Below, piece after piece: positions 1-14,117 of a stretch of 64,000 nt of DNA; within the stretch, counting starts at the first letter, position 1; every line of letters begins with the position of its first letter. This stretch comes from Camelus dromedarius (lineage: Eukaryota). A program made the translations under genes and the position numbers. The DNA lies in contig NC_087436.1 in NCBI RefSeq assembly GCF_036321535.1, positions 43,712,001 to 43,776,000 on the forward strand, read 5' to 3'. Below the pieces are notes generated by a model. That model did no database searches and had not been told where the DNA came from. It saw nothing but the letters and a program-made list of their open reading frames with translations.

Positions 1-629
1 TAAATTCTTTAAGAAAGGATTATTTTTCTCATTGTCAAGTCATGTTTGGCTTCTTCAAAATGATAGGGAGTGTAGAGAGGCAAGTTTTGAAGAACACATT
101 GGTTTTCAGTTGACAACATATTGATACCGTATTTCTTAAAGTTATTCCAGGTGTTTTTGACTCTCATATTGACAAGTATAGCTCAGTATTTCACAAACTC
201 TTATTAAGACTTTAAAGAATTATTGAGCTATAATCTTTTTGGTAAAATACTAATCATAAAGGTAATACCTGCTCATGTAAACATACAAACACTGCAGAAT
301 TACATAAAGTGACAAACAAGAGTCCTCTGTTCCCCATTATTCTAGTCCTAGCAGTAAAGTACCATAAACTGTTTCTTACTTGTCCTTCCACAGCTCTTAG
401 CACACATCTCTGCAAAGATATAATATGGGGATTGTGTTATGCATCCTACTTTTTTTTCACTTTGCAATATAGCATGTTTCCATATAAGTACATATTCATC
501 TTTTTTTTAAATTTTCCTATAATACTTGATGCCTACAAACAACTTATATAACAAATATATAATAATATATATAAGAGATGAGCCTATATTGGTATAATCA
601 AACTATGGATTTCTTGACATTACTTTTTA

Positions 630-1160
630 TTAAATTGTAGTTTTTACTGAGGTAATTGTAGATTCACTTGCAGTTGTTAAGAAATAATACAGCAAGACCC
701 CTTGTACACGTTGCCCAGGTGCCCCCCATGGTAACATTTTACTAAGTTATAGTTTAATTATATCACAACCAGGAGATTGACTTTGGTACAATTTACCAAT
801 TCTATTCAGATTTCCCCAGTGTTATTTACACTCGTATGTGTGTGTGTGTGTGTGTAGGCAGGGGTAGGTGTGTGTTAAATTCTATACAATTTTATCACCT
901 ATGTTGATTCAGAAGCCACCATCACAGAGAAGACATCAGACAGTTCCAGCACCACAAAGATCCTTGATGCTGCCCTTTTATAGACACCCACTTCTCAACC
1001 CCTGGTAATCAATAATCTGTCCTGTATATCTAAATACGTTGTCAGTTCAAAAATGTTATATAAATGGAATCACAAAGTATGTCACCTTTTGAGATTTAAT
1101 TTTCTGTTAAATTCCCCATTAAGTTGTTGCGTGCATCAATGGTTCATTACTTTTTATTGC
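630..1160 (-). mobile_element. Old LINE-1 (L1M-type) 3' fragment; comparable fragments at ~4765-5040, 50460-50770, 51620-52030, 57830-58550
   Basis: Recognised L1M 3' UTR-like motifs (TATAAATGGAATCA, GTTCATTACTTTTTATTGC); boundaries approximate. Confidence 0.6.
836..855 (+). repeat. (TG)n microsatellite; compound (TA)/(TG) array also at ~57090-57135
   Basis: Read directly from the sequence. Confidence 0.9.
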
Positions 1161-3339
1161 AGAGAGGTTAGAATCTTAATACCATAAGCAGTGAGGTTTT
1201 ATCAGATACCGCAGCATTTTCTATCACAACACATTTTAAGAAATCAAATATAAGTGACTCTAAAAGTTAAGGACGGTGTTATGAAATTAATATAGGCCAG
1301 TCTGCTTCGAGGGGTGCACTGGTAACTTTATGAATATGGTTCCGGGTGAGGCCCAGGACAGTCTTTCTAATAGGAAATGTGTAAATGTTCAAAAATACCA
1401 TTGCATTCATATGCGTTTTATCATTTGGCCGACATAATTTAATTTAAATTAATTTAACTTTAATTTAATTTGTAGAGGCAAAAACAGTAACCTTAGGTTG
1501 AAGGAAACCCAGAAGACTTCTGACCTTCTTCTCCACTGGGATATTTTCCAGTTCATCCAGGGCAGAATGCCTGGTACATGAAGAGCCAAGTGAAAACCAG
1601 CTATCTGAGTAGGTCAAACGGGTAAGTAAGTACCCTTCTATGGACTCATGCTAGTGTTTGAAACAACTTTCTGGTGAAGAACAGGGAGTATCTTAGTGTA
1701 TTAAGATAATATCGCCCATCAGAGCAGTTAGGAAACTGGGAAGGAAAAGGAAGATGGAGGAAAACTACAAATTTAGGACACATTTAATCTCACATGTGCT
1801 CAAACAGCTATATAAAGTGTTTCAGAAACAGTGAAATAGCACTCTGTCAAAAGGCACTGTTCTAAAAGAGGAAACTAGGATAGAAAACAATTGTACAAAT
1901 ACATGAGAATTCTTCTGTATGATAGGATTTCTTTCCTTAGAGATGTTAGTTCTCGGTGAGGTCATGGAGGGACTACAAGTACAGGAAATCAAGTTAGACA
2001 TAGGTTTATAGATGGAGAAACGTGCCTTTGACCTTTTATGTTTTCTATCAATTAAAATGTGATCTAAGGATCTGTAAATAGAAGTAGAATATTCATAGGC
2101 AACTAGGAAAATTTGAATAGCAAATTTCATTGGTTTGCAGATGGCACATAAATGTGACTTTGTAAAAATAGATCAAAAAAACAGGAGAGAAATGGAGAGT
2201 AGTTTATTTCAGTGACAAAGACAATAATGTCTAGATCCCCAAACTAAACAATTATTTTCCTTTTCTGCAAAAAGTGCTTATACGTTAGCTTTTAAGATTA
2301 ATATCTATTTTTTTCAATGACATGCAAGCAAATTTCAGTTTGTGTCCTTGAAATAGTTTCTTCACTTCTATGCATTTTTTTAACAGTGCAAAAGGGAATG
2401 CGGAGAAAAATAATACTGAAAGACCAGAATGAGGATAAAACATCCTTTATAGGTCAACTATTCAGAGTCAGCATCTCTAACTCAGGATGTCCACAACCAT
2501 TTTGACTGCATCTCTGTGTACTCATAGTGAAAACCAGAAATTCAGCAACTATCACAACCTCCTTCCTCTCTTCCTCCAATTACCCCACATCAGTCATTAA
2601 ATTTTCTTCATACCAATTTCTTTTCAATCAGTCCCTTTCTCTTTCTTCACTGTTATCACAATCTCGTTTCAGGCTCTGCTCTTTTTTTTTTTCCTGATCT
2701 CTCCAACACTGATCCTGTGATCTATCCCGGAATGATCTTCCTAAAAGAAATGTCTAATCTGGGGGCACTCGTGCTTCCACTCCTTCAAAGGTTCTGCATA
2801 GTATTCAGGAAAAAATCTAAACCCTTTAGTTCAATGCACACAACTCTTCCCAGTCTGGTCCCTGCCTGTGGCTCTTGTATCCTCATTTACCATTTATACA
2901 CATTGCACAGTGCACAGTTTCCACTGTCCCGCCTTCAGACATCCTGCTCCCTATGACTCAAATGCTCTTCCCTTCTTTAAAACCCAGCTTAAGTTCCTTC
3001 TTTGGGATTCTACAACCCCCACCCACACATCAGTCTTACTTAAATTCCTCTGTCTTATGCTCTCATTTTACCTATGATATTCATTCATTCATTCACTCAA
3101 CAAATATTTGAGTGTCTACCGTGTGCCAGACATTATATTACATTATCATAATGTGGTGACGATTTATGTGTCTCTCCTCCTGATTTGAATGTAAACTCAC
3201 TGGATGCTGGATTCAGTTTGAATCCAGTGTCCAGTGGGTGGATGGATGGATGGATAGGGAGTTTTAAGGATAGCTGATAGTGTTCCTTATAAGCACCAAA
3301 AATATTTTTATATTAGTCATTTTATGTAAAAAAATTTCA

Positions 3340-3467
3340 GGGGAAGGGTATAGCTCAGTGGTAGAGTGTGTGCTTAGCATGCAAGAGGTCCTGGGTTCAG
3401 TCCTCAACACCTCCATTAAAATAAATAAACAAAAAACCTAGTTACCTCCCCTCAAAAAGGAAAAAAA
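3340..3467 (+). mobile_element. tRNA-derived SINE (camelid Vic-1-like)
   Basis: A box TAGCTCAGTGGTAGAG, B-box-like GGGTTCAGTCC, tail AACCTAGTTACCTCCCC followed by an A-rich run. Confidence 0.85.
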
Positions 3468-5099
3468 TTATGCAGAAAAATTTCTAAGGTATATTACAAC
3501 CTCCCTACCTTCTGAAAAAAATACTAAGACTGTTTGACCCTTCAAAATGCCTCCTTTTTACTAGTCTTTGAAGTACTTAAGTTTTCTTCTATATGTTTCT
3601 GTTTCCTTCCTTGCTGACATGAAATTATTACTGTTATTGACATGTCACCTGAGGCATCTGTTCTACATCGCCATTCTGATCTGTTACAAGTTTGGAAGAC
3701 CTATCGTAGAAATTCCTGTAACTATATGCAAAATACAAACATATTCAGAGTTAGGTCTTGAAGACTGTTGTGTGAATGGTCATGAACTCTAGGTCAGTGA
3801 ACTTAATGACAACTATTTTTGCCTACTCATAATACTTCCTTACTTCATGATTCTCTGGGCTCTGGATAGGAATGGTTTTAATGTGTAAGACTTAGTATCA
3901 TTTCAAAAACTCAAATTCCACAAATAAAAATTAATATTTGAACATGTACCTATTTGGGAAATAGTGGTAAGATACAGTTTGTGAAAAGTCAGATCACAAA
4001 ATCAATTTGATTTAAATATCTGGCACAATCTATAGTACTCTTCAGTATGCAATGAAATGAAAAAAGCATGAGCTTTGGAAACAGATAAATCTACACCCAA
4101 ATCCTTCCTCATTCTCTGGGTGACCTTTGGGTAACTTCGCTATTCTCCTTTGATTTCGCCCATAAGATCCCTAGCCTGAAAAATGGAGATAAAAACATTC
4201 TTCTTAGTGAGCTGTTTGCAAATAGATTAAGATAATAATTTAAATAGTCAACAGTACTGTATACTTAAACACTTTTTAAGAGAGTAGCTCTCAAGTGGAC
4301 TTACCATAGTAAAATGAAAAAAAATTTTAAAGATTATAATTTAAGAGCATTTGCCTATTTGGCATTTTCTCTTACAAAAAAGAGCACCTGCAAAATAAGA
4401 TAAGGGTATACATCAGTAATTAGAAAAAGAGAGCTATAGTCTTAGCAAAATGACAGATCATTAATGATTTACTGGGCAAATCTTGTAATCCCTTTCAAAT
4501 GTACGCTATCAGTGTCTCTTTCAAGCAATTTGGTGACCTTTGCTAATTTACGATTACAGCCTTACTCAGCCTCTAGCCCAGAGATCTCCTCTCCCCTACT
4601 CTATTTGAGTGGCAAAAAGCTCCTCTTCCCCTGCAGACCACCAGGCCATTCCTGGAGAGGGTTTTGCTTTTTAAATTCTGAATCTACTAAGCATTTTATA
4701 TATATTAATTCATTTAATCACATGAGACGGGTACTGTTTTTTTATGTTATCTTCATTTTTTTTTAGTGAGCTATTATTGACATATTAGTTTGAGGTGTAC
4801 AACAAATGATCAATATTTTTACATATTGCAAAATGATCACCACAGTAAGTTTAGTTAACATCCATCACTATACATAGTAACAAAATTTCTTTTTCTTGTG
4901 ATAATTGTTAAGATTTACTCTCTTGGCAACTTTCAAATATGCAATACAGTATTATTAACTATAGTCACCATGATTTACTTATTTTATAACTGGGAGTTCG
5001 TACCTTTTGACCCCCTTCACCCATTTCACCCTCCTACCCACCCTCGAGACCGTACTGTTCTTACACTGCACATAGGAACACTGGGGCAGAAGTTTAAGC

Positions 5100-5396
5100 C
5101 TGCATTATTCAACACAATAGCCACGAGCCCATGTGGCAGTTGAGCACTTGAAATGTAGCTTGCCTGAACTGAGATGTCGGGGTGAAGCACACGTGAGAGT
5201 TCAAAGACTTAGCACAAATTAAAAGACTGTAAGCTATCTCATTAATAGTAGCTCACATTGATTGCATAACATTTTGTGTATATTGGCATAAGTGACATAT
5301 GTTATTAAATTGATTTCACTTGTTTAACTTTAACATGGCTAGTAGAAAATTTTAAATTACTTGTATGTCTTATATTATGCTTCCATGGAACAGCTC
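5100..5396. mobile_element. hAT-Charlie non-autonomous element (MER33-like)
   Basis: TAGCCACGAGCCCATGTGGCAGTTGAGCACTTGAAATGT...GGCTAGTAGAAAATTTTAAATTAC. Confidence 0.7.
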
Positions 5397-6319
5397 TCCT
5401 TGAAGCAAGTTGCCCAAGATCACTCTGATATTATTAGAGGCAGGGTTAGAACCAGGTGGTCCAGTCGCAGGGCACAAGCTCTTCCCACTGGGCTCTAAAT
5501 CTGCACAAAGTACTGAATGCTTCCGGGCACATAGTAGTAGCACAAATTCAGTGAATGTGGATCCTTTGGTCTTTTTCTGTCTGTTCACTAATAACATGTC
5601 CCTTTCCTGCACCGCCGCTGCCTCCTGAAGTACTTAATAGATATTAACTGATTTAATTTCCATAATAAGCCTATTAGCTGCCCGCTAATATTATCCCCAT
5701 GTTACAGACAAAGATACTGCAGTTTAGAGAGATTAAGTCCTTTGGCCAAGATCACAAAGCCTGTGAGGAGCTAAACTATCTCAGAATATGTACATTAAGA
5801 AGGATCATAATATTCAGTGCATCTAAATTGCCTGAGACAACTGTTTGGAGCATGCTCTGTGGAACCAGTATTTCCAGGTAGTTGTTAAGACAATCTGTAG
5901 CAAGGAGGTTGACATCAAGTTTCATGTCCCCAGCAGTCATTTTCATAGAGACACAATGTCAGAAAAATATCAAGCAATAACTGTTGCCATATTTCTTCTA
6001 TCATAAGCTATATATCATTTTTAACATAAATTAATATTAACCAACATATTTTAAATTTTGATGCAATAAACCAAAACTATTCCTAATTTGGTACACACGG
6101 TACATTATAGTACCTTTTATGCCAGATGTGTAGTAATTCTCACTGTACAGTTCAGTACTAGTATATTTTAGAAACTTTCAGCTTTCAAAATTGAAGTTAA
6201 GGAAGAAATGAGTTTAAGGTGCCCTTATTATAAATCTTTGAGATTATTCAGAGAAGGGAACATACCATTAATCTTTTGACAGTTAGTAACTGTGTTTTAA
6301 TTTTCAAAAAAAATTAGTT

Positions 6320-7050
6320 TTGTGTACAGCAGTGAAAAACCAACAAGAAAATCCCTTGCTTCAATGGAGCCTATGTTCTAGCCAGAGAGATGGGAGGGGA
6401 GATAGATGTGACAATGAATATGTATCATTTCAGGTGGTCAAAGGAGCTATGAAGAAAACAAAGCAGAGTAAAGGCACCGAGAATGAGAGGAGAGTGATGG
6501 ATGGAGATGGTGCTATTTTTAGTATGAGAATCTGGGAAGTCCTCTTTGATATGCTGACATTTATACAGGGACCTAAATGAAGTGATGAAGCAAGGTTTGC
6601 AGTTATTTTGGGGATGAGCACTCCAGGCAGAGAGAAAGGCAGGTGCAAAGGGCCTAAGGCAGGCGCGAAAAATTGTTGTGGCCAGAATGGAGTAACCAAG
6701 GGTAGATGACAAGGTTAGAGAGGTGCGGGGTAGGGGTGGAAGGCCTGATAGGCCTCTGTAAGGACTTTTGATTTCATTTTGATTGACACCGAAAGTCACT
6801 GAAGGCTTTAGAGGAGACAAGTGAGAAAGTCTGAGTCTCACTCTTACTGCTTTATGGAGAAGAGATTATAGGCAGCAAGGATGAAAGCTAGGGGCGGGGG
6901 TAGGTCAGTTAAGAGGCTATTCCAGTTGCCCAGTTGTGCAAGTTTGGTAGCTTAGACTAGGATGGTACCGGTGATGAGAAAGGCCAGATTTGGGTTATTT
7001 ATAGAGGTAAGGCTGACAAAATCTGGGAATGGATTGGATGTGAGATGTGG
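6320..7050 (+). mobile_element. L2-like fragment (others at ~2520-3140, 11230-11590, 40600-41720)
   Basis: Purine-rich L2-type motifs such as CCAGGCAGAGAGAA...TGCAAAGGGCCTAAGGCAGG; boundaries approximate. Confidence 0.55.
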
Positions 7051-7486
7051 AAAAAAGGTTGCAGTTAAAGTGGTCTGAATACACAGGACTTTGCCTTAAT
7101 TGCTTCATTCATTCATTCACTCATCTTTTCATATGTTTATTTTTTTCCAGTCTTAGAAGGCACTTTATTTATTTACTCTTAAAAATTTATTTTTTATTTT
7201 TATTGAAGTATAGTTGATTTAGAATGTGCTAATTTTTCATGTACAGCATAGCGATTCAGTCATACATATAAATATTCCTTTTCATACTTTTTCATAATTG
7301 GCTATTAGAAGGTATTGAATACAGTTCCCTGTGCTATACAGTAGGACTTTGTTGTTTATCTATTTTATATACAGTAGTTTCATATATTTATTTATCCAGT
7401 ATTTCTGTAAGCGAACAGAATGCCAGTAAATGAGATGGATGCTGGAAAGGCAAGGGAAGGAAAACCTTTCATTCTAGTGAATTTTA

Positions 7487-7628
7487 TTTTTATTTTATTT
7501 ATTTTTGGGGGGGCAGGGGTACTAATTAGGTTTATTTATTTATTTATCTTAGTGGAGGTACTGGAGATTGAACCCAGGACCTAATGCATGCTAAACATGC
7601 ACACTACCACTGGGCTATACTCTCCCCT
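7487..7628 (-). mobile_element. tRNA-derived SINE, same family
   Basis: Reverse copy; TSD tctagtgaatttta at 7473-7486 and 7633-7646. Confidence 0.85.
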
Positions 7629-9099
7629 CTAGTCTAGTGAATTTTAGAAGCATATTTTTCAATACCTTTTTCACCTGATTATAAAACCAATATTCCCTGA
7701 AAATATTTTAAGAGGAAGAGGAAAACATAAAGAAATTAAAATTCCCACCAAGGTACTGAAGTCTTGAAATTTGAACATATATTCTTCCTTGAAATATTTA
7801 ACAAGGTTTCTTCCTGTCTTTTTATTTCTAATGTATATATTGTCTAAGATAAATGTAACATAATGTAATTGGAGTCACACTCTGTATAGAATTTTGCACC
7901 CAATATTTTTTCACTCAACATAGTTTCCTTAGCATGTCATTCAAAGTTTTGCAGAAATGTTATCTTAAATGGCTACATCTTACTTCACTTTAGGAATATA
8001 CCAAACTTTTCTTGACCATTCCTACATATTTGATTTATTTTCTTTGAGAGAAAAAAATCTGGAAAATTGTTTCAGTTATATCTCTGTAATTAATATATTG
8101 CATAACTAAGACCAAAATTAAACTGAACTTGGTGAACATAAAAATTTTATGGAGGCCTAAGCTTTCAAATTTTCAGTCAAACATCCCCCCAAAAAATCTT
8201 TCTCAAATTGTTTGATTAATATGTGAAAATGCAGTTATTTTAAAAAATTTTGTTACTATGACTTTGTTTATTTTATTTTGAAAGTAACATACTTGTTTAA
8301 AACTTTTTAGAAATATAGACAGATAGACATAGGAAAAACACTTTTACTCATGTCCCACCCTCAGTCATAGTCACTGGTAGACTACTGATGGATTGACTTC
8401 CTTCCAGTCTTTTTTTAATACTTAGACTATTTTTATTTTTTAAAACTTATTTGTATTCCTCCTATAAATACAATTTCACATCCCAACTTATTCACTTAAC
8501 ATTTTTCCATATAATTAAATAGTTTTCATAAACAAACTTTTTTAATGACTGTAATGTTCTGTGGAATTTACTTGGATATTAATATGACCTGTTTTTTACT
8601 GTTGTTAACCAATCCATCAGAGTTTAATAAGGTTGACCCATCAAGGTAAGCCATTGTTTCAGTCCTCCCTTAGCATACCATTAGGGTCCACTGAACAGAT
8701 TTCCCCAAAAGTAGGCTTACAGAAGCCTCCATGCTAAATCCTCTACAGATTTTCCTTAACTATTCATCTATTATTTTTAGTTTCTTTAATTCCAGTTTCT
8801 TGCTGCATCTGTCCTTATACAGCCTTTCCAATGTATATGTTAGTTTTCCATTTTTAAGTATATTGGTAAGTCATCATATAGGCATATTTTAAAATAAATA
8901 TAATCTTCATCTTTATTTTAAAAAAATACCCATTCACTTAAGAACATTATGAAATAGACAAGAAAAAAAGGAAAAAGAAATCCAAAAACTATAATCCAAG
9001 CAACAATGCTAATTCCTGGCATATACCATTCTACATCTGTTTTGTTTTTTTTTAATAGTTCTTTTTTTAAGTCTTTAACACATTTTTTGCATTGTTTTT

Positions 9100-9231
9100 T
9101 ATGTTTTTTTTTTTTTAATGGGGGTAGGTAATTAGGTTTATATATTTATTTTTAAATGGAGGTACTGGGAATTGACCCAGGGCTTCGTGCTTGCTAGGCG
9201 TGTACTCTACCCCTGAGCTATACCCTTCCTC
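9100..9231 (-). mobile_element. tRNA-derived SINE, same family
   Basis: Reverse copy with long T-rich tail; ctacatct repeated at 9031 and 9232. Confidence 0.82.
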
Positions 9232-11599
9232 CTACATCTTTTTTTTTTAATGTATATATACCCCTTGCATCTCACCTGCACTTGTGTATGTTATTTGTCG
9301 TCAACAATGGAGAATAACCTAATTTTTAATCTTGGAGAAAAAAAACCTGCCTCCTTAAACTGAAGTTTCATATTGTTGCTATGTTTTTCTCAAAGGGATT
9401 TAGGAAGCCTCACCTATTCAGTTCAGGGAACAGAAAACACAAAGCGAGAGAAGGTTGATGCTGGACATAAAAGAAGTGGAAAAAATAAGTCAAGGTCAAA
9501 AAGGAAGGATGCATTTCAGAGGCCCTGGGTCCTCAGCTGCTGTGGCTTCTCATCTTGCACCTGGCCTCCTGCCGGATAGCAGTGCCTGCCCTTTACCCCT
9601 CTCCTCCCTTCTGTCCTTGACTTGACAAGACACACGTTAAGACATGGTTAAAGATGAATATATGTATGTATATGTATGACTGAAACATTATGCTGTACAT
9701 CAGAAATTGATGCCACATTGTAAACTGACTATACTTCAATAAAAAAAAGAAAAAAAACGACGTGGTGAGCCTAAACTTCCACTCTCCTGTACTAACCATA
9801 CATGCAAATACCCATGACATTCAGGCTGGTTCTGAGTGACCTGTCAGGGTTGCTAATGATCAGCATTGCTTTAGGGGACTTCCTTGTGTTGGCACAACAT
9901 TCTCACCTCAAAAAAGATAAAAGAAATCTCTTGCCATGGGTATTTAAATAGTTTACTTATGTTTAATGTTCCGCAAAATAATGCAAATGTGTATGGATTA
10001 TACCCTTGATACTTATATTCTGTTTTATAAAATGCTATCATTTGTGATGGTAAAACATGAGCTTTGATGTCAGAAAAACTTGAAATCTTCCTCCTGACCT
10101 TGTCACTTATTAACTGTGGGAACTTCATTAAGTAATTTTCATTCTCTGAGGTTCAATTTTCTTAGACAAAATGGAGCTACTAATACCTAACTGCAAACTT
10201 AAGTGTTAAATGAAATGATATATTCAAAAATATTAATAGAGTGCCAAGCAGATAGTTTTTTTTAAACTTTTATTTCTTATCACAGCTAGAACGGTGTCTC
10301 AGATGCATTTGTTGCAACTGAATTAAACAAATGAACGCATATAGACATGAGCTCAATTCTTTACCAGCATTGTTATCTGAGAACTTTTGCGAAGGAGAAA
10401 GAAAACTCCTTGGTCCCTCTGTGTTGCAAAATGGTGCCGAGCACTGCCACCCACTTCTAATACCCCAGATTATGGAGCCTACTTGGGTTCAGGTCAGAAA
10501 AGAAGGGGACTGAGAATTTAAGAGTGGTCAGGAGGACACACACTCAGGAATTTTCCAGCGTGTTGTCATAGAGCCTACATTACTGAATTGACGGCAAAGT
10601 TACATAGGACTTTCCATTAGCCATCAGCTTCAGGGACTCTCAATATAAATCTGGTTCAGGCAGAGAATTTAGAAAGGGAAGAGAAGAGAAATAATCTTCC
10701 TGCCTCACCCTAGAAAGAACTTAGGATCCAAGAGGAAAGAGCCGTGCACATAGCATCAAATGGATACAAAGTGCTAAGAGTTGGTCAGCGCTTCTTCTAT
10801 GATGAGTTAGCAATGATGAGTCTCCCTCTAATGAGGGGTTTACAGTAAGAATAACATTTCTGGAGCAATGTAATTTGAAACTTTTCTCCTGATTTCTTAT
10901 TTTACCTCTCATCACTAAAAGAATAGTTTCATTCTCACATCACCAGCAAAATTCAGGGCACTGCTTGGCTGATCTTGTCTGTTTCCAGGGAAAGAGGAAA
11001 AATGAGGTGATTTCAGAAAGAAGACACCACTTGCCTAAAAATATCTTCCCATCCCTGAAATCCTATTTCAGAATTTCCTTGTAAAATGCTTATCGTAGTG
11101 CCTGTACATGTTAATTGTACAATATATGATAGCTATTTCTATTACCATATAATATGTAATATTACATATTGTCATTACTTTATCTCTACAGTTTTGTAGT
11201 CCTGGAAGGGCCAGTACTTTAAGATGTTTTAGATCCATCATTCTGCTCAAAACCCTCTGGTGGCTTCTCATCTCCCTTAGAATCAAAATTAAAATTTTTT
11301 TACAGTGACCTCCTTCCCTATAAGGCCCTGTATCATCTGATCTCCAGCTCTGCTTGGCTTCATATTCTACCACTCTTGCTGGCCATGCTGGCCTTCCTGT
11401 TGTCCTCAACATCTGATTCACACTCCCATCTCAGGGCCTTTGCATTTGATGTTCCTGGATTTAAAATCTATATTCTCCCTATCTCACATCCTTCAGGCTA
11501 TTTGCTCAAATGTCATCTTCTCAATGAAGCAAACCCTTCCTGGCTTCATTTTTCTCCACAGTATGTATCATAATCCAACATAGTGTATATGCATATATT

Positions 11600-12480
11600 T
11601 AAATTGAAGTATAATCAGTTGAAAATTTTGTATCAATTTCTCATGTACAGCATAATGTTTTAGTCATACATATACATACATATATTCCTTTTCATATTCT
11701 TTTCCATTATAGGTTACTACAAGATATTGAATATAGTTCCCTGTGCTATATATAGTAGGACCTTGTGGTTTATCTATTTTATATAAATAGTAGTGTGTAT
11801 CTGCAAATCTCCAACTCCCAATTTATCCCTTCCCACCACCTTTCCCCTCTGATGACCGTAAGTTTGTTTTCTGTGTCTGTGAGTCTGTTTCTGTTTTGCA
11901 AATGTTCATGTGTGTGTGTGTGTTTGTTTGTTTGTTTTTTTAGATTCCACATATAAGTGATATCATATGGTATTTTTCTTCCTCTTTCTGGCTTACTTAG
12001 AATGATGATCTCTAGGTCCAACCATGCTGCTGTAAATGGCAGTATTTCATTCTTGGAGGGTTTTTTTGTTTTTGTTTTTGCTTTGTGGGGGGCTGGTAAT
12101 TAGGTTTGTTTATTTATTTATTTAATGGAGGTACTGGGGGTTGAACCCAGACCTTTTGCATACTAAGCATGCACTCTACCACTGGAGCTAAACCTCTCTC
12201 CGCATGGCATTATTTTATTCTTTTTTAAGGCTGTGTAGTATTCCACTGTATAAATATACCACAACTTCTTTATCCAGTCATCTGTCGATAGACATTTAGG
12301 TTGTCTCCATGGCTTGTCTTGGCTATTGTATATAGTGCTGCTTTACAGACTGGGGTGTATATATCTTTTTGAATTAGAGTCCCCTCTGGATACATGTCCA
12401 GGAATGGGATTGCTGGATCATATAGTAAATCTATTTTTAGTTTTTTGAGGAATCTCCATACTGTTTTCCATAATGACTAT
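11600..12480 (-). mobile_element. LINE-1 3' end fragment (similar short 3' ends at ~7200-7380, 9645-9756, 14360-14540, 15888-16057, 17360-17630, 25075-25130)
   Basis: Typical L1 3' sequence (GGGATTGCTGGATCATATAGT...CATACTGTTTTCCA; minus-strand peptide MDLEIIILS); recurring ttgaagtatag...gtacagcata terminus. Confidence 0.8.
12060..12202 (-). mobile_element. tRNA-derived SINE nested in an L1 3' end
   Basis: Reverse copy interrupting the L1 fragment at 11600-12480. Confidence 0.82.
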
Positions 12481-13942
12481 GCATTTATATATTTATTACT
12501 GTCTCCTTTCACTATAGCATAAGCTCAACAAGGGCAGGTATATATTTTGTTGTTAATGCCTCGCCCTTAATAGCTGCACAGTAAATACTGGCTGAAAGAA
12601 TAAATGAATGAATCATATAGGTCACCATTTGAAATGGATTATCTAAGAAAATATTTTAATGAAAATATAATCATGAGAGGAAGCATCAGAATCAGATGGA
12701 ACAGCCAAGGAGGTAAAGGGCACAGAATGGGACAGTCTTTGAGATCCGAAAATAAACTTGTCTACCTTCATTTTGCAGAAGGCCTATCCTCTCTGGTGGG
12801 CTGGAAACAATACCGCTTTAATCTTGGCAACTGAAGAACACCTAAACCTCATCTCAGATACACCACTGTATTAAAACCCTTCTGTGGCCATTTCCCATTC
12901 ATGTTAATAGATCTCTTCTCTTCCTCTAAGAGCAGTAGAGCCAAAAAAAGAAAAAAAAAGAAAAGAAAAAGTTACTTCAAGGGCCTGGAAGGGTATGACT
13001 TATCTAAATATAGCCACATCATACTGTAAGAAATAAAGACTGTGTAAGTCTGCCAAAGTCAGATCCTGTCCACAAGAAACAGATTATGTTGTTTCTGGTT
13101 TCAACCTTGAGATGGGAAAGTTTAAGAAACTTAGCATTTGCAATTCTCCATTTTTCATATAATAATTAGAAATTTTAAATGATCTAGTACTTGGACCATC
13201 CTTTCAAAGTGCAAACCAGATATCTAAAGGCCGGGGCTACGTGACTCCAGACAAAAATACACTGTATCATATTGGAAGCCTTGTATGCCTTCCCAGCTGC
13301 TGCAAGAACATTTGTCATGTGGTGACAGCATTCTTCTCACTTATGATAGCACGCACACTCTCAAACCAGTACCCACGGCCTCTTCTAGCTTCTGTGTCTT
13401 TGTAAAGTCTATTTTCAAGAACCTTTTAAGATCAGAACAACATGAGAAAGATCTTAAGTCCCCTTCTACTTTTTCAAACCATTTCAAAGTTTAAGTACAG
13501 GATCAGTAGAGACTACATTTCAACGCTATGCAGTTTGAGGCCAAAGGTGTGGGGAAATCGAATACTTGTTCAGGCCTGTGCAGGGTCTCACAACTCTAGG
13601 ATTAAACATTAGCTTTGGATGCCAATTAAAGCAGAGTCATCCAAAACTTGCTTTGGAAAACTTTTAATTATAGCTGCCTCTTTCTTGGCATAGGTAAGTT
13701 AGACAAGAAGCAGGGATGGAGGGAAATGCTATTTAGAGGACGGTGGTCTTTTTTACATACAGGCCTTGGGGGAAGGAAAATTGTATAAATGGAAAGAGGG
13801 TATGTTGGAAGCAGAAAAAAGATTAGCTTACAAAGGAATATGATGTGGGGCTTAAGCAAGTAGAAGTCAAATGATATACAAAAATTTGTTGTATGAGATA
13901 ATTATACATTCCCATGTAGGAAGCATCAGATAATCAGGAGAA

Positions 13943-14117
13943 CAGTGCTCCTCAAAGTGTGGTCCCTGAACCAGCAGCATCAGCATCACTGGGCACTTGT
14001 TCAAGACACAAATTGTCATTCCCACCCCAGGCATACTGAATCAGAAACTCTGTGAGTGGAGCCCAGCAACCAAGCCCTCCAATGATTCTGCTGCACACGG
14101 GAGTTTGAGAACCAGTG
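13943..14117 (+). mobile_element. MER5A-like hAT-Charlie element (second copy at ~47478-47640)
   Basis: CAGTGCTCCTCAAAGTGTGGTCC...CAGCATCAGCATCAC...AGTTTGAGAACCAGTG. Confidence 0.75.

Noticed and set aside
3340..3420. tRNA-like sequences with A and B boxes
   Set aside because: These are degenerate SINE heads with A-rich tails and TSDs, not intact tRNA genes.
13184..13318. 44-aa minus-strand ORF ending ...VAPAFRYLVCTLKGWSKY, loosely like the helix after the catalytic domain of non-canonical poly(A)/TUTase enzymes
   Set aside because: The resemblance is too short, no catalytic DxD motif is seen, and it is in a different frame from the phase-consistent reading of that block. No family is assigned.
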